DNA of 64,000 bases, taken from Podarcis tiliguerta (lineage: Eukaryota). The translations under genes were made by a program, and so were the position numbers. Where the stretch lies: NCBI GenBank assembly GCA_965153285.1, contig OZ229115.1. One strand, given 5' to 3'. The notes under the pieces are model-generated. The model did no database searches and was not told the origin of the DNA. It was given only the letters and a program-made list of their open reading frames with translations. Positions 38,912-51,577 of this stretch are shown in pieces (within the stretch, counting starts at the first letter, position 1; every line of letters starts with the position of its first letter).

Positions 38912-39264
38912 GGGACATGGGTGGCGCTGTGGGTTAAACCACAGAGCCTAGGACTTGCCAATCAGAAGGTCGCCGATTCGAATCCCCACGACGGGGTGAG
39001 CTCCTGTTGCTCGGTCCCTGCTCCTGCCAACCTAGCAGTTTGAAAGCATGTCAAAGTGCAAGTGGATAAATAGGTACCACTCTGGCGGGAAGGTAAACGG
39101 CATTTCTGTGTGCTGTTCTGGTTCACCAGAAGTGGCTTTGTCATGCTGGCCACATGAGCCGGAAGCTGTATGCAGGCTCCCTCGGCCAATAAAGCGAGAT
39201 GAGCGCCGCAACCCCAGAGTCAGTCATGACTGGACCTAATGGTCAGGGGTCCCTTTACCTTTAC
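38912..39264 (+). mobile_element. Sauria SINE (Squam1), near full length
   Basis: tRNA-like head GGGACATGGGTGGCGCTGTGGGTTAAACC...GATTCGAATCC, body GCCAACCTAGCAGTTTGAAAGC...GATAAATAGGTACC, and tail GGTCAGGGGTCCCTTTACCTTTAC typical of lacertid Sauria SINEs. Confidence 0.9.
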
Positions 39265-39384
39265 TATTATCAAAGGTGGGGCAGTAAAGTGGGAGAGAGG
39301 CAAAAAAAGAATGAGCATGGTAAGAGGGAAAAGGCTTTGGTTTTGTTGAGCGGCAACTTCAGTGTTTCTTTCAATATGGCCCAT

Positions 39385-39570
39385 TTATGGGAAAGGAGCG
39401 GAATGTGAAAGGTCCCATATCCAGTTCCAAGCATCTCCAATTGAAAGAGCCCAGACAGGATGGCAAGGAAAGATGCCCACCTGATAACCTGAAAAGCTAG
39501 TTCCAGGAAGAGTAGATGGTACCAAGCTGTGTCAACCAATGCTATGTCTTGGAAGAAGCAGCTTCGTCAC
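39385..39570 (+). mobile_element. Degenerate Squam3-like SINE
   Basis: AAGGTCCC...GCATCTCCAATTGAAAG...CCTGATAACCTGAAAAGC...GCAGCTTC collinear with the other copies. Confidence 0.5.
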
Positions 39571-40803
39571 ATAATGTCTGTATGATTGTGCCTGTGTGGG
39601 AGAAGGCCAAAGAAAATATGTAGCGGCAGCCATGGGGAGAGTAAAGGTTACATGGTTATCTTCTACGTAACTTTACTTCAGCTGAACCTAGTAGCTAAAG
39701 AAATATGGTGCTCAGATGCATGGCTTGTTCAATCCATGCTCTTACTAACTAGACATTTTCAATAGATGTGCAAACTTTGCACTTCTTCCTCTGCAGAAAA
39801 CGATATGCCAAATAATAATTTTGCACCAGTCTCCTTGATCAACACAGTTCTCTTCTCACTTCTTGCCTTGCACAATGAACAGACATGAAAATGCTCTGGT
39901 ATCACTTTCTAGTAGCCCAAGGCTCTGTCTGCACTTTTCCCTGCTGCCCCTGCATGCAAGAGGAGAGACATGGCAACACATTGTACCTTACAAAGCAGAT
40001 TTTCCTCACGAGCATCACTTTCCACCTCAGAGCAGACCCCAGTGGTATCTATGAAGTGAACCATCAGGCATTCACTAAGGTTATAAATGAAAGCTCACAC
40101 TGCAGTAAGTTGAATTCAGGTCTCCTGGGACTTTTGTCTTCAGCCAGGGGTCAAAATTCCCAGCATGGTTGCATATTGGTGAGTGGCTGAGGCCACTTGA
40201 TGCAGATTATGCAAGCAGGCATGGAGCCAGCCCTCTGTGGGCTTGCCAATTACAGAAGGTGCAGACACAGCCTAAGGCACCACAATGCCTGTGCATGTGA
40301 GGAATGTAGAAACAAACAGGAGGTGCTGCAGACATGTAAGCCATCTCTTCCTGATATTTCTTTCTCTTTAATTACATTGTAACCCTCATGGATTTCACAG
40401 AGAGGAAACCCTTCTTATTCACCTGTCAATTCAACACCTTGTCATAAGCCCCCCTCCCAGCCAAGGTTCTTAGATCTAATGCCTGGGTAGGTGAACTGTC
40501 TGCAAAATACTTGTCTTTGGGCTGAGATTGATTATTCCCTCCTGCAGCTGAATGAACTCATGACTCAGAGCATATTATGAGCAGTTAAACTGCGTAACAA
40601 TTAATGCACAGAGGCGGAACAGAGTGCTAAAGCCTGCAGTGTTTACCCAAATGGGAACGCTGTTCATGGGTTTAGAGATGTCCTCTTTTGATCTCAAGGA
40701 GTTTTAGTGAGTGGGTAGAGGAGTGTTTAAATTCTTTCTACATGATATTTTAGGTCTAATCTCCCCCCCTCTGTTTTTTGTTTTGTTTTGTTTTTTTCTG
40801 TAG

Positions 40804-40892
40804 AATCATGTGAGAAACACTGCGGTGGCAAGAGAGACACACAGGGAGTTTTGAGGTTCACACTCCCTTTCCTCCTCACTCTCCACCACAGG
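40804..40892 (+). other. PLXNA2: 5' UTR part of the first coding exon of PLXNA2
   Basis: Long T-rich tract then TAG acceptor (tttttttctgtag|aatc) ending at 40803, 89 nt upstream of the ATG. Confidence 0.7.
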
Positions 40893-42080
40893 ATGGAACA
40901 GAGAAAGATCTGGCCTCGGATATGGGACTCCGAAGACTCATCGGTGGCCTTGGTGTTTCTTTGCCTGTTTTTATTTTCATGGAATGCCACTAGCACTCCT
41001 GTCTATAATACCTTCCACTCTGAGAACCGTGATTGGACTTTCAACCATCTGACTGTCCATCAGGCCACTGGAGCAGTCTATGTGGGAGCCATCAATCGGG
41101 TTTACAAGCTGTCTGGAAACTTGACCATCTTGGTTGCTCACAAGACAGGACCAGAGGAGGACAACAAGTCCTGCTACCCACCACTCATAGTGCAGCCCTG
41201 CACTGAGATCCTAACACTGACTAACAATGTGAACAAGCTGCTGATAATTGATTACACAGAAAATAGGCTATTGGCCTGTGGGAGCCTCTACCAAGGAGTC
41301 TGCAAGCTGCTGCGATTGGATGATCTCTTCATCCTGGTGGAACCATCTCACAAGAAGGAGCACTATCTTTCCAGTGTTAACAAAACTGGCACTATGTATG
41401 GAGTTATAGTTCGCTCTGAGGGTGAGGATGGGAAGCTTTTCATTGGTACAGCAGTAGATGGCAAGCAGGATTATTTCCCCACTCTCTCCAGCCGGAAGCT
41501 GCCACGTGACCCAGAGTCATCAGCTATGTTGGATTATGAACTTCACAGTGACTTTGTTTCATCACTCATAAAAATCCCTTCAGACACACTGGCCTTGGTC
41601 TCACATTTTGACATCTTTTATATCTATGGATTTTCCAGCGGCAACTTTGTCTATTTTCTGACTGTCCAGCCAGAGACTCCTGAGGGTGTCTCCATCAACT
41701 CAGCTAGCGATCTCTTCTACACATCTCGAATTGTGCGTCTCTGCAAGGATGACCCCAAGTTCCACTCCTATGTTTCTCTGCCATTTGGTTGTGTCAAAGG
41801 TGATGTGGAATATCGCCTCCTACAGGCAGCCTACCTTTCCAAGCCCGGGGAGGTGCTGGCCAGGTCCCTCAATATCACTGCCCAGGATGATGTCCTTTTT
41901 GCCATTTTCTCCAAGGGACAAAAGCAGTATCACCAGCCCCCTGATGACTCAGCTCTTTGCATCTTTCCCATCCGTGCTATCAATGCCCAAATTAAGGAGC
42001 GCTTACAGTCTTGCTACCAAGGGGAAGGCAACTTGGAACTCAACTGGCTGCTTGGGAAAGATGTTCAGTGTACCAAGGCG
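40893..42080 (+). CDS. PLXNA2: Plexin-A2, first coding exon (codons 1-396: signal peptide and Sema domain)
   Basis: Translation MEQRKIWPR...[34 protein letters not shown]...[32 protein letters not shown]...[15 protein letters not shown] matches my recall of vertebrate plexin-A2 almost residue for residue. Strong Kozak context (AGGATGG). 1188 nt, phase-0 donor GCG|GTAAGA at 42080/42081. Confidence 0.97.
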
Positions 42081-42232
42081 GTAAGAATGTTCACAGTATT
42101 TCACCTAGATTTCCTGCAGAAGAAGATATAGAAAATACTGTAGTGAGCAATATTTTACCAGTGTAAAAACTGGTTTCTGATATCCTTCATAGGAACTTGG
42201 AGAACATCTCTTAAAGAATTGTTGCCTTCTAA

Positions 42233-42375
42233 TTGATAATAATATAATAATAATAATTTTTATTTATACCTGGCCCTCCCCAGCCAAGGCCGGGTTCAGG
42301 GCGGCTAACAAGCAATAATAAAAGCAAGTTGAATGAATACAACTTAAAAACAAGATTAAAATACAACATTAATAT
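42233..42375 (-). mobile_element. L2-type LINE 3' end
   Basis: TTTATTTATACCTGGCCCTCCCC...CAGGGCGGCTAACA followed by an A-rich tract, preceded by an AAT run. Confidence 0.55.
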
Positions 42376-43214
42376 ATATATATATAATGATTATTTTGGT
42401 TCAAGTAGGTTCATATCATAGGCTTCCTCTACGACCTTGAGCAAGTTCTGTTTTCTCATACTCGTATGGAAAATAAGAACACCAATAATGATGTATCAGC
42501 CTCAGCAGGCCATTGGGAGGGATAACTAGTTATGGAAAATCTTTTTAAAAAACATTTGCCATTTATCAGCATTCCTGCATAAAGCAGAGGTATTATCGAG
42601 ATATTTCTGCCATTGCTCCCCAAGTATCAAACTGAGAAATAGAATCCATTCATTAATCACAATGGAAAGTCAAATTCTTTTATGGCCAAGAGTTGTTCTT
42701 CTGTTATAGTAATGGAAGGCAAGACTAAGATGTAGCTGATTTGGTAGATTCCATTTCTTCTTGAAATCTGGTTTGAAGCCAAACCTGAAAGTGCAGCAAA
42801 GAAGCACCTTCCTCCCTGAGCAGGAAGGTTTCATGCAAACAAGCCTGAAAGATTAATGGCCAATTTCAGTTGCACATTTTGGTCTTCTTGGATATTGATT
42901 AATGTAGCTGGCCCACTTGGGTAAGTGCAGAAGATCCAAGACAGAGAAAAATCAATTTATTCTGTAGCTTATTGTGGCAAATAAAAAAAATTGGGTTGTT
43001 AAGAAACATCCCATTTAAGGTGTACATTCATGCAGCTGGTTGTGCCAGGGTAATTAAAACATTTTTAAGACAAGGTTCCTTAATTTCACTGCAGCTAGAT
43101 AGTCACCCTGTTTGGTCACACTCATCATAGACAGAAGATGCTATGTAGCATTCACTTGTTATTCAGGATCTTCGTTTTCAAAAATGCTCAAGGGGGGTGT
43201 CTTAATATTTATTG

Positions 43215-43560
43215 CAGAGGTGAGGAACCTCAAACCTGGAGGGCCAGTTGCAGCCCTCCAAGCTGCTTTGTCTGGCCCTTAGGACCCTCCCCAGGCCATT
43301 GCTCTGACCACCACTGCTTTGAACCACCCCTTTAGCATTTTTGCCTGGCTGGAAAGTGTCCTTAAATTCTCATAATTCTTCTTGCTTGCCTGGATAGTAA
43401 GAGGTTTGTGACTCTTTGTAGATACAAGGGTACTATATAGAGGTAAGATTTACACTGGTTGTTCTATCCACATTTGCCTATTTTCTGACATGTGCCTCCC
43501 CCAACCAAAAAAAGATTGCTCAGAAGGCAATGTGGCCCTTGGAATGGGCCATGCTCCTGA
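43215..43560. mobile_element. Degenerate hAT-like non-autonomous element
   Basis: CAGAGGTGAGGAACCT start, GGGCCAGTTGCAGCCCTCC subterminal motif, AATGTGGCCC near the far end. No clean TSD. Confidence 0.45.
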
Positions 43561-44477
43561 TTTATATGGGGGAAGGGAAATGATAGACAGAAGTGCCAGC
43601 TTATGAGGCCGATGGGGAAGGGGGCGCAAAGTTGCACAAGCGACATCCCAACATTGTACATGTGATGTCAGGATGTTGGGAGGAGCCAGAGGAGGAGCCA
43701 AATGCAGTAACTGCACTGTTCACTGACTGATGGCTCCTCCTGGCACCACCACTGGTGGGAGGCTGTTTCGACCTTCCTTCCCCTCCATGGCAGGAGGAAG
43801 AGAAGGCGCCTCTGTGGTTTTTAGGCATGGGGAGCCCCGGCCCCAATCCCAAAAACGTAAGGGTTCCCAAAAGTGCTTGGCCTCCTGGAGCTGATTGCAG
43901 TTCACCAGGTGCTTTGTGGGAAAGCTCTCTTAAAAGCAAACTGTTAATTCTTGCCATTAAAGCTGGATTGTATGGAGATGACTGCATGAGAGAAGGGACC
44001 CAACACATAGAGAAAATCAGTTTCTTTTCTCCCTTCAGAGTAAAGAGACCTGTACTTTCTCTAGCTGTTTTTGATCCTATACTACTAACAGCTGAATCTT
44101 TTTCTTTCTTTCTTTCTTTTGACAAGTGGGGAAAATGATATAGCCAATTTCAGCCATCACCCCTCTGCCATGTCATTTGCAGAGGAAGAGCAGAATGAAG
44201 AGCTCTGTGTCTGAATGAGGAAAGTCCAGTGTACTAAGGATGGTACTAAATTCAATTCAGGGTTGACAAAATGGCTTAGGAGTTAGCTCTCTGCTTGGCT
44301 GGCTTCCTGGGTCTACTGAACTGTGGAAGTAAAAATGCTAACAGGTGATAGAATAGGGGAATGAGGGTGGGGTGCATTTCAGGAAGCAATGCATCCTAAG
44401 GACTTTGAATAGCATTTTGCTTAGGTCTATATACACTAGCAGCTAGTGAGAACAAAGCTTTGAGGGTTAGTTTAGAG

Positions 44478-44616
44478 CTAGGTGGGGAACCTGTGGAGAA
44501 CGTCCAGGTGTTGTTGGATTATATCTCCCATCAGCTCCTGTCAACATAGCCAATGTTCAGGGAACATGGGAGTTGTAGTCTTTCAACATCTCGAGAACCA
44601 CGGGTTCTCACCCCTG
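44478..44616. mobile_element. Short palindromic hAT-type MITE
   Basis: GGTGGGGAACCTGTGG...CTCCCATCAG...CATGGGAGTTGTAGTC...CCACGGGTTCTCACCCCTG. Confidence 0.7.
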
Positions 44617-44716
44617 TTGTTCTGATGTTTCAAGGTGTGTGCAAGGCCTCCTCTTCTCAATGAAGGTAGGGAACTTATGAAACACAGTGGAATGTGAGTG
44701 ATCAAACCTTTCCTTG

Positions 44717-44872
44717 GGGAAAAACTATAGCTCAGAGGTAGAGCATCTGCATTGGTTTAGGGCTGGGGATATTGCCTCTCTGAAATTTTGGAGAGCTATG
44801 CCAGCCACTGTAGACAATGCTGAGCTAAACAGGCCAATGGTCTGACTCAGTATAAGGAATCTTTTTTTCCTT
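44717..44872 (+). mobile_element. Squam3-like SINE with internal deletion (B box lost)
   Basis: TATAGCTCAGAGGTAGAGCATCTGC...GTAGACAATGCTGAGCTA...CCAATGGTCTGACTCAGTATAAGG. Confidence 0.7.
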
Positions 44873-45087
44873 AGGTCCAAAGTCTGCAAAATGTAATTGA
44901 GACACCAATGGAAATGATATATGCAGTTGTGTGCATATGCACATGTACACAAGTGTACTTCTGCAAAGGGTTTTGTAAAACATGTTCTGAGGATGCCACC
45001 ATGAACTGAATCTTCTAGGCAAGTCTTATAAGAGATCTAAAAAGGATCTAGTCTCAGATTTTGGAATGCTGCCTTGGGCCCAGCTGA

Positions 45088-45468
<381 letters not shown>

Positions 45469-48400
45469 TAGCTGGCTTCCAATAGCTGTAGAGGCCGGTT
45501 TACTGATAAGTAGAAATGTAATTTGAAAATAAAAAGGGTACACTTGAAACCATCAGACAGGTAAGTGTAATTTGTATTTGCTGTCAGTTATGCTCTAAAG
45601 TCAAAGCCCAGCCATTAAAAGCACTACAGAGATATAAAAGCCACTAGAAATCTAAAGACTCTCACACATGCACAGATTCTTGTGGGGGTCTCATTGCTTT
45701 ACAAAGGGAAAAAAGTAGATTTTATCATTCTCCTGGGGGGATGCAATTCAATATACCTGAGACTGCATGGTCTGCTTAATAACCACTTTCTCCCACAGTT
45801 CCATGTAGCTGTAAGAGGCACATCTGGATGTTTAGATGTTCAGTTCATAAGGATTGCCTTAGACAATATGCAAGGCATCCAAAATTGTTTGCACTTGTTT
45901 CTTGAAGAAATGTGATTCTTTACTGGTTGCTTAGGAAGCAAGAAACTGTCCAAAAACTGTCTTCAGTTGGAGCGAGTGAAAGGGCATCCTTTCCAGAGTG
46001 TCTGTTTAGTGATGGTAGAGCAGAGCAGTGAACATGGATTTTAACAGTACTAGATGGTGCCCATCATTTACGTCCTCTTGCTGGCTTTTTTTTCACTGTC
46101 AACATAGACTTCTGGAATATAAATGTTCGTGGGATTCGATTCTGCTCTTCTCAAGTCACCCCGAAGGTTCTTGTGATCAAAGACCTTAGTGGGACAGGAT
46201 TCATGTGTCATGTTTGCTCAGTTCATTGTGGCACCTCCTCCTCCCAGTACCTTCTCTAGTTGTCTCCTTGCTGACTGTATTCATTGAAGAGTGCTTATTG
46301 ACCCATCACAGCACTGATAAGCGTCATGTCCTATCAAGCTGGTTCTACCTTCAGAAGTTGTCAGGAACACAGTGTCATGCTTCTCCTCTCCCATAGCCTA
46401 AGCATGTGTGGTGCTTCAGACAGCAGTGGAAGGAATTGTATAATACTAAGGTGGGCTGTGCAGTGTGGCTGGCTTCCTCAATGAGTGTGGTTGGATGTCC
46501 TGGAAGAAAAGGGGGATATTTGCTACAGTAGGAAGCTCCAGTAGTAAATGGAGGAGGGAAATAGTGCAAACCTGTGCATTGACATCAGTTAGCTGGCTTT
46601 TAAGTCTGAAAGAATTTGGCACAGCATGCAAAACACCTGGTGTTTTAAGGTATTCAATATTAAAATCACACTTGGGTAGTTTCACAGTTATGCCACTACC
46701 AAGAATTAATGTGTTGCACTGTATTTGAGGCTCATCCATTTATTCATGGCCACAGATTTGCACTGAGAACTGATCTTTAATCTCTTTTGGAATACTATCT
46801 GTATGTTTACCAAAGCCTGGTGAGCAGGCACTCTTGATAGCACTCCTACTGTTTGCTAGTAAAAGTCCTGCTTGGACTGGACAATATCTCTTCTCTCTGT
46901 TGAGAAGGGAGCGGGTTAACTGGCAGTGGTAGCCTCTTGGGCAGCCCATAGCCTGAGGTAAGCTTTGCTTTTCTGAATGTAGTCTTGCCTCTCACCTTCC
47001 ACCCTTCCTACTGACCTTTGTGTGATAGATTGACTTCATTAGATAACATTCCTTCCTGTTTGCATCACAGAGGAAAGGCTACTTGCCTGAGGCAAAGAAA
47101 TATTCCAAATTCCTTTTGCCCTTAAAGAAAAGCCTTGTTTTGTGGAACTTAGGAGTCAGTGATTAAGTTGGACTTTCCATTCCATATATCCATGTCAAAG
47201 CTCATTGCTAAATTAGTGTCAGCAGTCTCCAAATACATTGATCCATTCCTTTCCATTGAATGATAACAAAGCTGGTGATTTTGACCTGTCCTGGGCAGGT
47301 ACCAGTTTTAATTTTGAATGGACAGAAAGCAGCCTGGTACCTGTGCATAAAAATGCAACATAGTACAATATACCAGTGGGGCAACATTTTTATTATATTA
47401 TATGAACAAAATAGCCCACCATTCTGCCGAAGAGTTCAGGGTGGCACGTATGATTCTCTCCCTTCCCCATTTTATTCTCACAGGAACCAGTAGGTTAGGC
47501 TGAGATATGGCCACTGCTTCAAGCTCACCCAGAATGGCTTTATGGCTGGGTGGGTATTTGAACTGTGGTCACCTAGGTTCTTATCCAAGGGTGGAATTTA
47601 ACAAAGCATTCCAGACAAGTGGTACATGGGAGCAATCTCATACTGACAAATGATAAAATTATAAACTGGCCATTCAGGGTAGGGCAATCCTATGCACATT
47701 TACTCCGAACCTGCAATGGCACTGGATAACCTTGGGCTGGTCACCATCTCTCAGCCTAACTTACTTCATAGGATTGTTTATTGAGAGGATAAAATTGGGA
47801 TAGAAGAACCATTTGCACTACCTTGAGCAACTTGGAGGAAAGGCAAGATAAAAATATATTAATAAATGATAAGGAGTAAGTTCTACCATGATCAATGGGT
47901 CTTGTTCCCATATAATTATGTATTCATGTTTACTCATAAGTAAGTGTTAATTAGGCCGCAATCCTATGCACATTTATCTGTGGGTAAGCTTTGTTGAAGG
48001 TGGTACGACACTTCTCAGTATTCATGTGTAGTACCTGGCTGCTTAAAATCCAGGGCAGGAAATGGTTTATCACTCTATAATTGCTTCCTTTGCTTCCAGT
48101 ACTGCACTTGGTGCAGACTCCAATAGACCACTAGCAGCATTGTACTCTGTGAGCTATTGGCCTAACCCACTATATAAACTATCCCCCCCCCCCAATTCAT
48201 CTGTAGCTTTGAACCCCACATTCCAGGATAACATATTGCAAAGATACCCTAGATGAGTAGACAGTGGGTGGTGAGTGCGTTGTACTGCATTAGTTGCTGG
48301 GGAAGGCCTAGCTTTAAAGGCACTTAAAGCAAGCAGCTTGTGCTTGCATGTTAGCTGTTTAATATACCAAGTAGAATTGTGTCCCATTAATTATGTAGGA

Positions 48401-49319
48401 TTACTAAAGGAATGCTCTTTCCGGGTTGGTTTAATCCCCGATGGCATTTATGTAGTGGAGGCCTTTTAAACATCTACAATTCTGATGCAGAGTAGATCTA
48501 TATATGGTGTTTGGCTTTACTGCAGTCACAGAGTAGAAAAAAGAGAGGGAATGGGTTTTTGTGTTTATGCCTCCTGTGTTTCCAGAGGTCTGCAAACATT
48601 TGCTGGGAATTTAGATTAAATCTCTGGTTAATTTATCCCAAACATATACTGAAACTAATCCTTCATGGCGTTTAAAAGATGATATTATTTGTAGTGCTGT
48701 TTAATACTATTATTATGTAACAGAATTCTCCATCATGCGTGCCTGATCTGAAGTTGCTTCGTTTTACTATTCCACTAAAATTGCCAGCCATCCAACAAGA
48801 GGGATTGGGTTGACAAAGAGTCATCACAGAGGATTAGTTGATGCGTCCCAGAACCTGGCTGTTCTTACTCCATAATGGTTTTAGCTTTACTGGTGCATCG
48901 TGCTTTACATACCTTCCAGTTTTTGATACTGTGCAGTAGATAAGACAGCGGAACTATCAACATTCTGTAGGGTGGGAAGTGGTGCACTAAAGGCATCCTT
49001 AGTCACATTCATACATAGTGGGCAATCTATCCCAGAGTGAGTGGACTCACCTCAGAGAAGTTGGGTCAGCTGCATTGGTTCATTGCAAACTTGCCAGCCT
49101 TACTGGTACGCTTACAGATTGACCTGCCTTACTCTTTTCTCCAACCAATCCATCACATGGATCCTCCAACCAATCCATCACATGGAAGCGAATTGAACAT
49201 CTGAGTGTTAAGTGGGACAGCAGCAGCTCCGTTGTTGGGCTGAAAGCTCTGTGTGCTTTTAGTAATGGCAGCTGGTGAGGCGAGGGTAGTAAGACAACAC
49301 AGTCACTAAGTACCACCAA

Positions 49320-49482
49320 GGGGGAGGATTCATAGTTCAGGAGCAGCGTATGTGTTGTTCTTTAAGCGATCAGGTAGACCTTTCTGCCTGAGACATTGGA
49401 GAACTGTTGCTGGCCAGAGTGGACAGTACTGGGCAAGCCAGACAAACACTCTGACCTTGTAAAAGACAAGATTCCTCTATTC
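49320..49482 (+). mobile_element. Degenerate Squam3-like SINE
   Basis: CTGCCTGAGACATTGGAGAAC...GACAGTACTGGGC...CTGACCTTGTAAAAG matches the family 3' half. Confidence 0.5.
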
Positions 49483-49568
49483 TGTGAAGTGGACCCTGGT
49501 CACCTTGGCTGCTGCTTAGTGGTGGCTAATCTCCATTCAAGAACACCAGATACAACTACCATTTAGGC

Positions 49569-49818
49569 CAGGGGTCAGCAATTTTTTTCAGCAGGGGGCC
49601 AGTCCACCGTCCCTCAGACCTTGTGGGAGCCGAACTATATTTTGAAAAAAGAAGAAGAATGAATTCCTGTGCCGCACAAATAATCCAGAGATGCATTTTA
49701 AATAAAAGCACACATTCTACTTGTATAAAAACATGCTGATTCCCGGACCGTCCAAGGGCCGGATTGAGAAGGCAATTGGGCTGGATCCGGCCCCCAGGCC
49801 CTAATTTGCCTACCCATG
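49569..49818. mobile_element. hAT (Charlie-like) non-autonomous element, 250 bp
   Basis: Perfect 8-bp TSD ATTTAGGC (49561-49568, 49819-49826). TIRs CAGGGGTCAGCAA / TTGCCTACCCATG. GGGCC(G/A)G subterminal motifs. Confidence 0.9.
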
Positions 49819-51289
49819 ATTTAGGCATTTCCTTCCTCTCATTTTATTCAAGGGAGAATTTCAAATTTAATATATCAGTCACCATGATAGGAGCTTGAAA
49901 AAAGGTGAATTACCAGCCTGTAGTGTTTCTACTTTGGATTATTACTTTGTTCATGGGGAGGGGGAGACGACACCCTCTGTATATCAATCTGATTTTACAG
50001 GGCAGTTGACAATCATGTAAAAAAAGAAAATTGAAAGGAGGGGGAGGCATCTCTTACCACCTTTCTAAATGAAATCACATACTCTCCACTAGTTTGTTGT
50101 GGGTAATCAGTCTGAAAACTGTGGGCAGAGGGAGGTGCCCCAGTAAGTCAGAAAAGTAGATCTCAGGGCTATTATGCTAGTTGATTTTATCTTTGTTATA
50201 GAAAAAGTGGAAAGGTTATCATCTTGGACTAGGACTAGTCAGCCAGCCTGCTTTACGGGGTTGGTATAAGGGGAAGAACCATGAAGACCACCTTGAGCTC
50301 CTTGGAGGAAGGACAGGAGATAAATGTAATAAATTAAATAATTCATCAGATGAAGAGGGAGCTAGTTGGGAAGAATTGCAAAGGGCATCCTAGAAAAATC
50401 AGACAGTGTTGGTAAAGTTTGTTTTGGCTGAGCATATCTTATTCCAACTTTGTGTTTTATTGATATTAATGACCTTCATGTGTCTCTGATCTTAGGGCTG
50501 TGACCGCTTTATTCATTGCCCTTCATAAGACATTGGTTACTCTGCAGGCAGGTGGGGGGGAGTTTCCTCCAGGGTTGCTAGCAGCAATTTTGGAAAATCT
50601 AGAAGGCTTTCAGGAAATTGTGTTTACACAGGGGAAAAAAGACAGGCTGTTAACAATGGATGGGACACTAACCTGCTATTGAAAGCAATAACACTTTGCC
50701 ATAGCATTCAGGGGATGGAATGCTCCCTACCTCAGTTTCCTGCCAGTAACACAATTGTCTGCCTGCCTTAAAGCATTGTGGAGGAGAAGTGCATTGTAAA
50801 ATCTAAACACAATTTACAGGGTCACCACTTTGATTACCAGTCTGAGCCAATGGGGGTGAAAAGCCAGGAATCCTGATTGTATAGCAAGCCACCTCATAGC
50901 TATTACTCGAAGTCTCCAGATGAATGATTTTCCCTCCCTTTCTTTTTGCCCTGTGGGGATTTCCCTGCTAGAAAAAAGCCAGGATGCTGAATGTATCATT
51001 TTTCTAAATTTATCTGCATGTCCTCTGAGGATTCATTATTGGAAACATTACATTCCTTTGGTGGTGTGCTATTTCCTATTAGCTAATTAGCCCATTCCTG
51101 TGAAACTCTTTGGACTAGTCTGTCTCTTTTTCTCTGAGGATTTCAGTGTTGCAAGGACCCCAGTACCACAGAAGAGCTGAAGAGATTCCTTATTTCTGGC
51201 TACATCATAAACCTGCTGGGTCTCTATATTGCTTTTGCAACTACTGAGTGAATACTCTTAACCTCAAGTACAACATATTACAGCTTAAC

Positions 51290-51500
51290 AGTCAGGAATA
51301 TATGATTAGACTGTTAGACCGAGAGACCAGGGTTCAAATCATCACTCAGCCAAGAAGCTCAATGGGTAATCTTGAGCTAATCATTGTCTTTCGGCCTAAC
51401 CTACCTCAAAGGGTTGTTGTGAGAATAAAATAAGGAGTGGGGCGAGCCATGCATACCACCTTGAGTTCATTTAGGTAAAGGTGGGACCTAAGTGAAATTA
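51290..51500 (+). mobile_element. MIR/CORE-type SINE
   Basis: GAGACCAGGGTTCAAATC B box and CCTAACCTACCTCAAAGGGTTGTTGTGAGAATAAA core. Related fragments at ~47715-47870, 50222-50340, 56235-56400 (+) and ~47390-47590, 9645-9830 (-). Confidence 0.7.
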
Positions 51501-51524
51501 TGTGTGTGTGTGTGTGTGTGTACA

Positions 51525-51574
<50 letters not shown>
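51501..51574. repeat. Compound microsatellite (TG)10TA(CA)10(GA)16
   Basis: Read directly. Confidence 0.97.

Positions 51575-51577
<3 letters not shown>

Noticed and set aside
40788-40892. N-terminal extension of the 447-aa ORF
   Set aside because: Begins at a TTG inside the polypyrimidine tract; the true start is ATG 40893 with a signal peptide.
41686-42084. 132-aa alternative-frame ORF inside the plexin exon
   Set aside because: Non-ATG start; a by-product of codon usage in the real frame.
43601-44138. 174-aa and 127-aa opposing ORFs
   Set aside because: Overlap a GC-rich, probably transposon-derived segment with internal inverted repeats; no protein similarity recognised.
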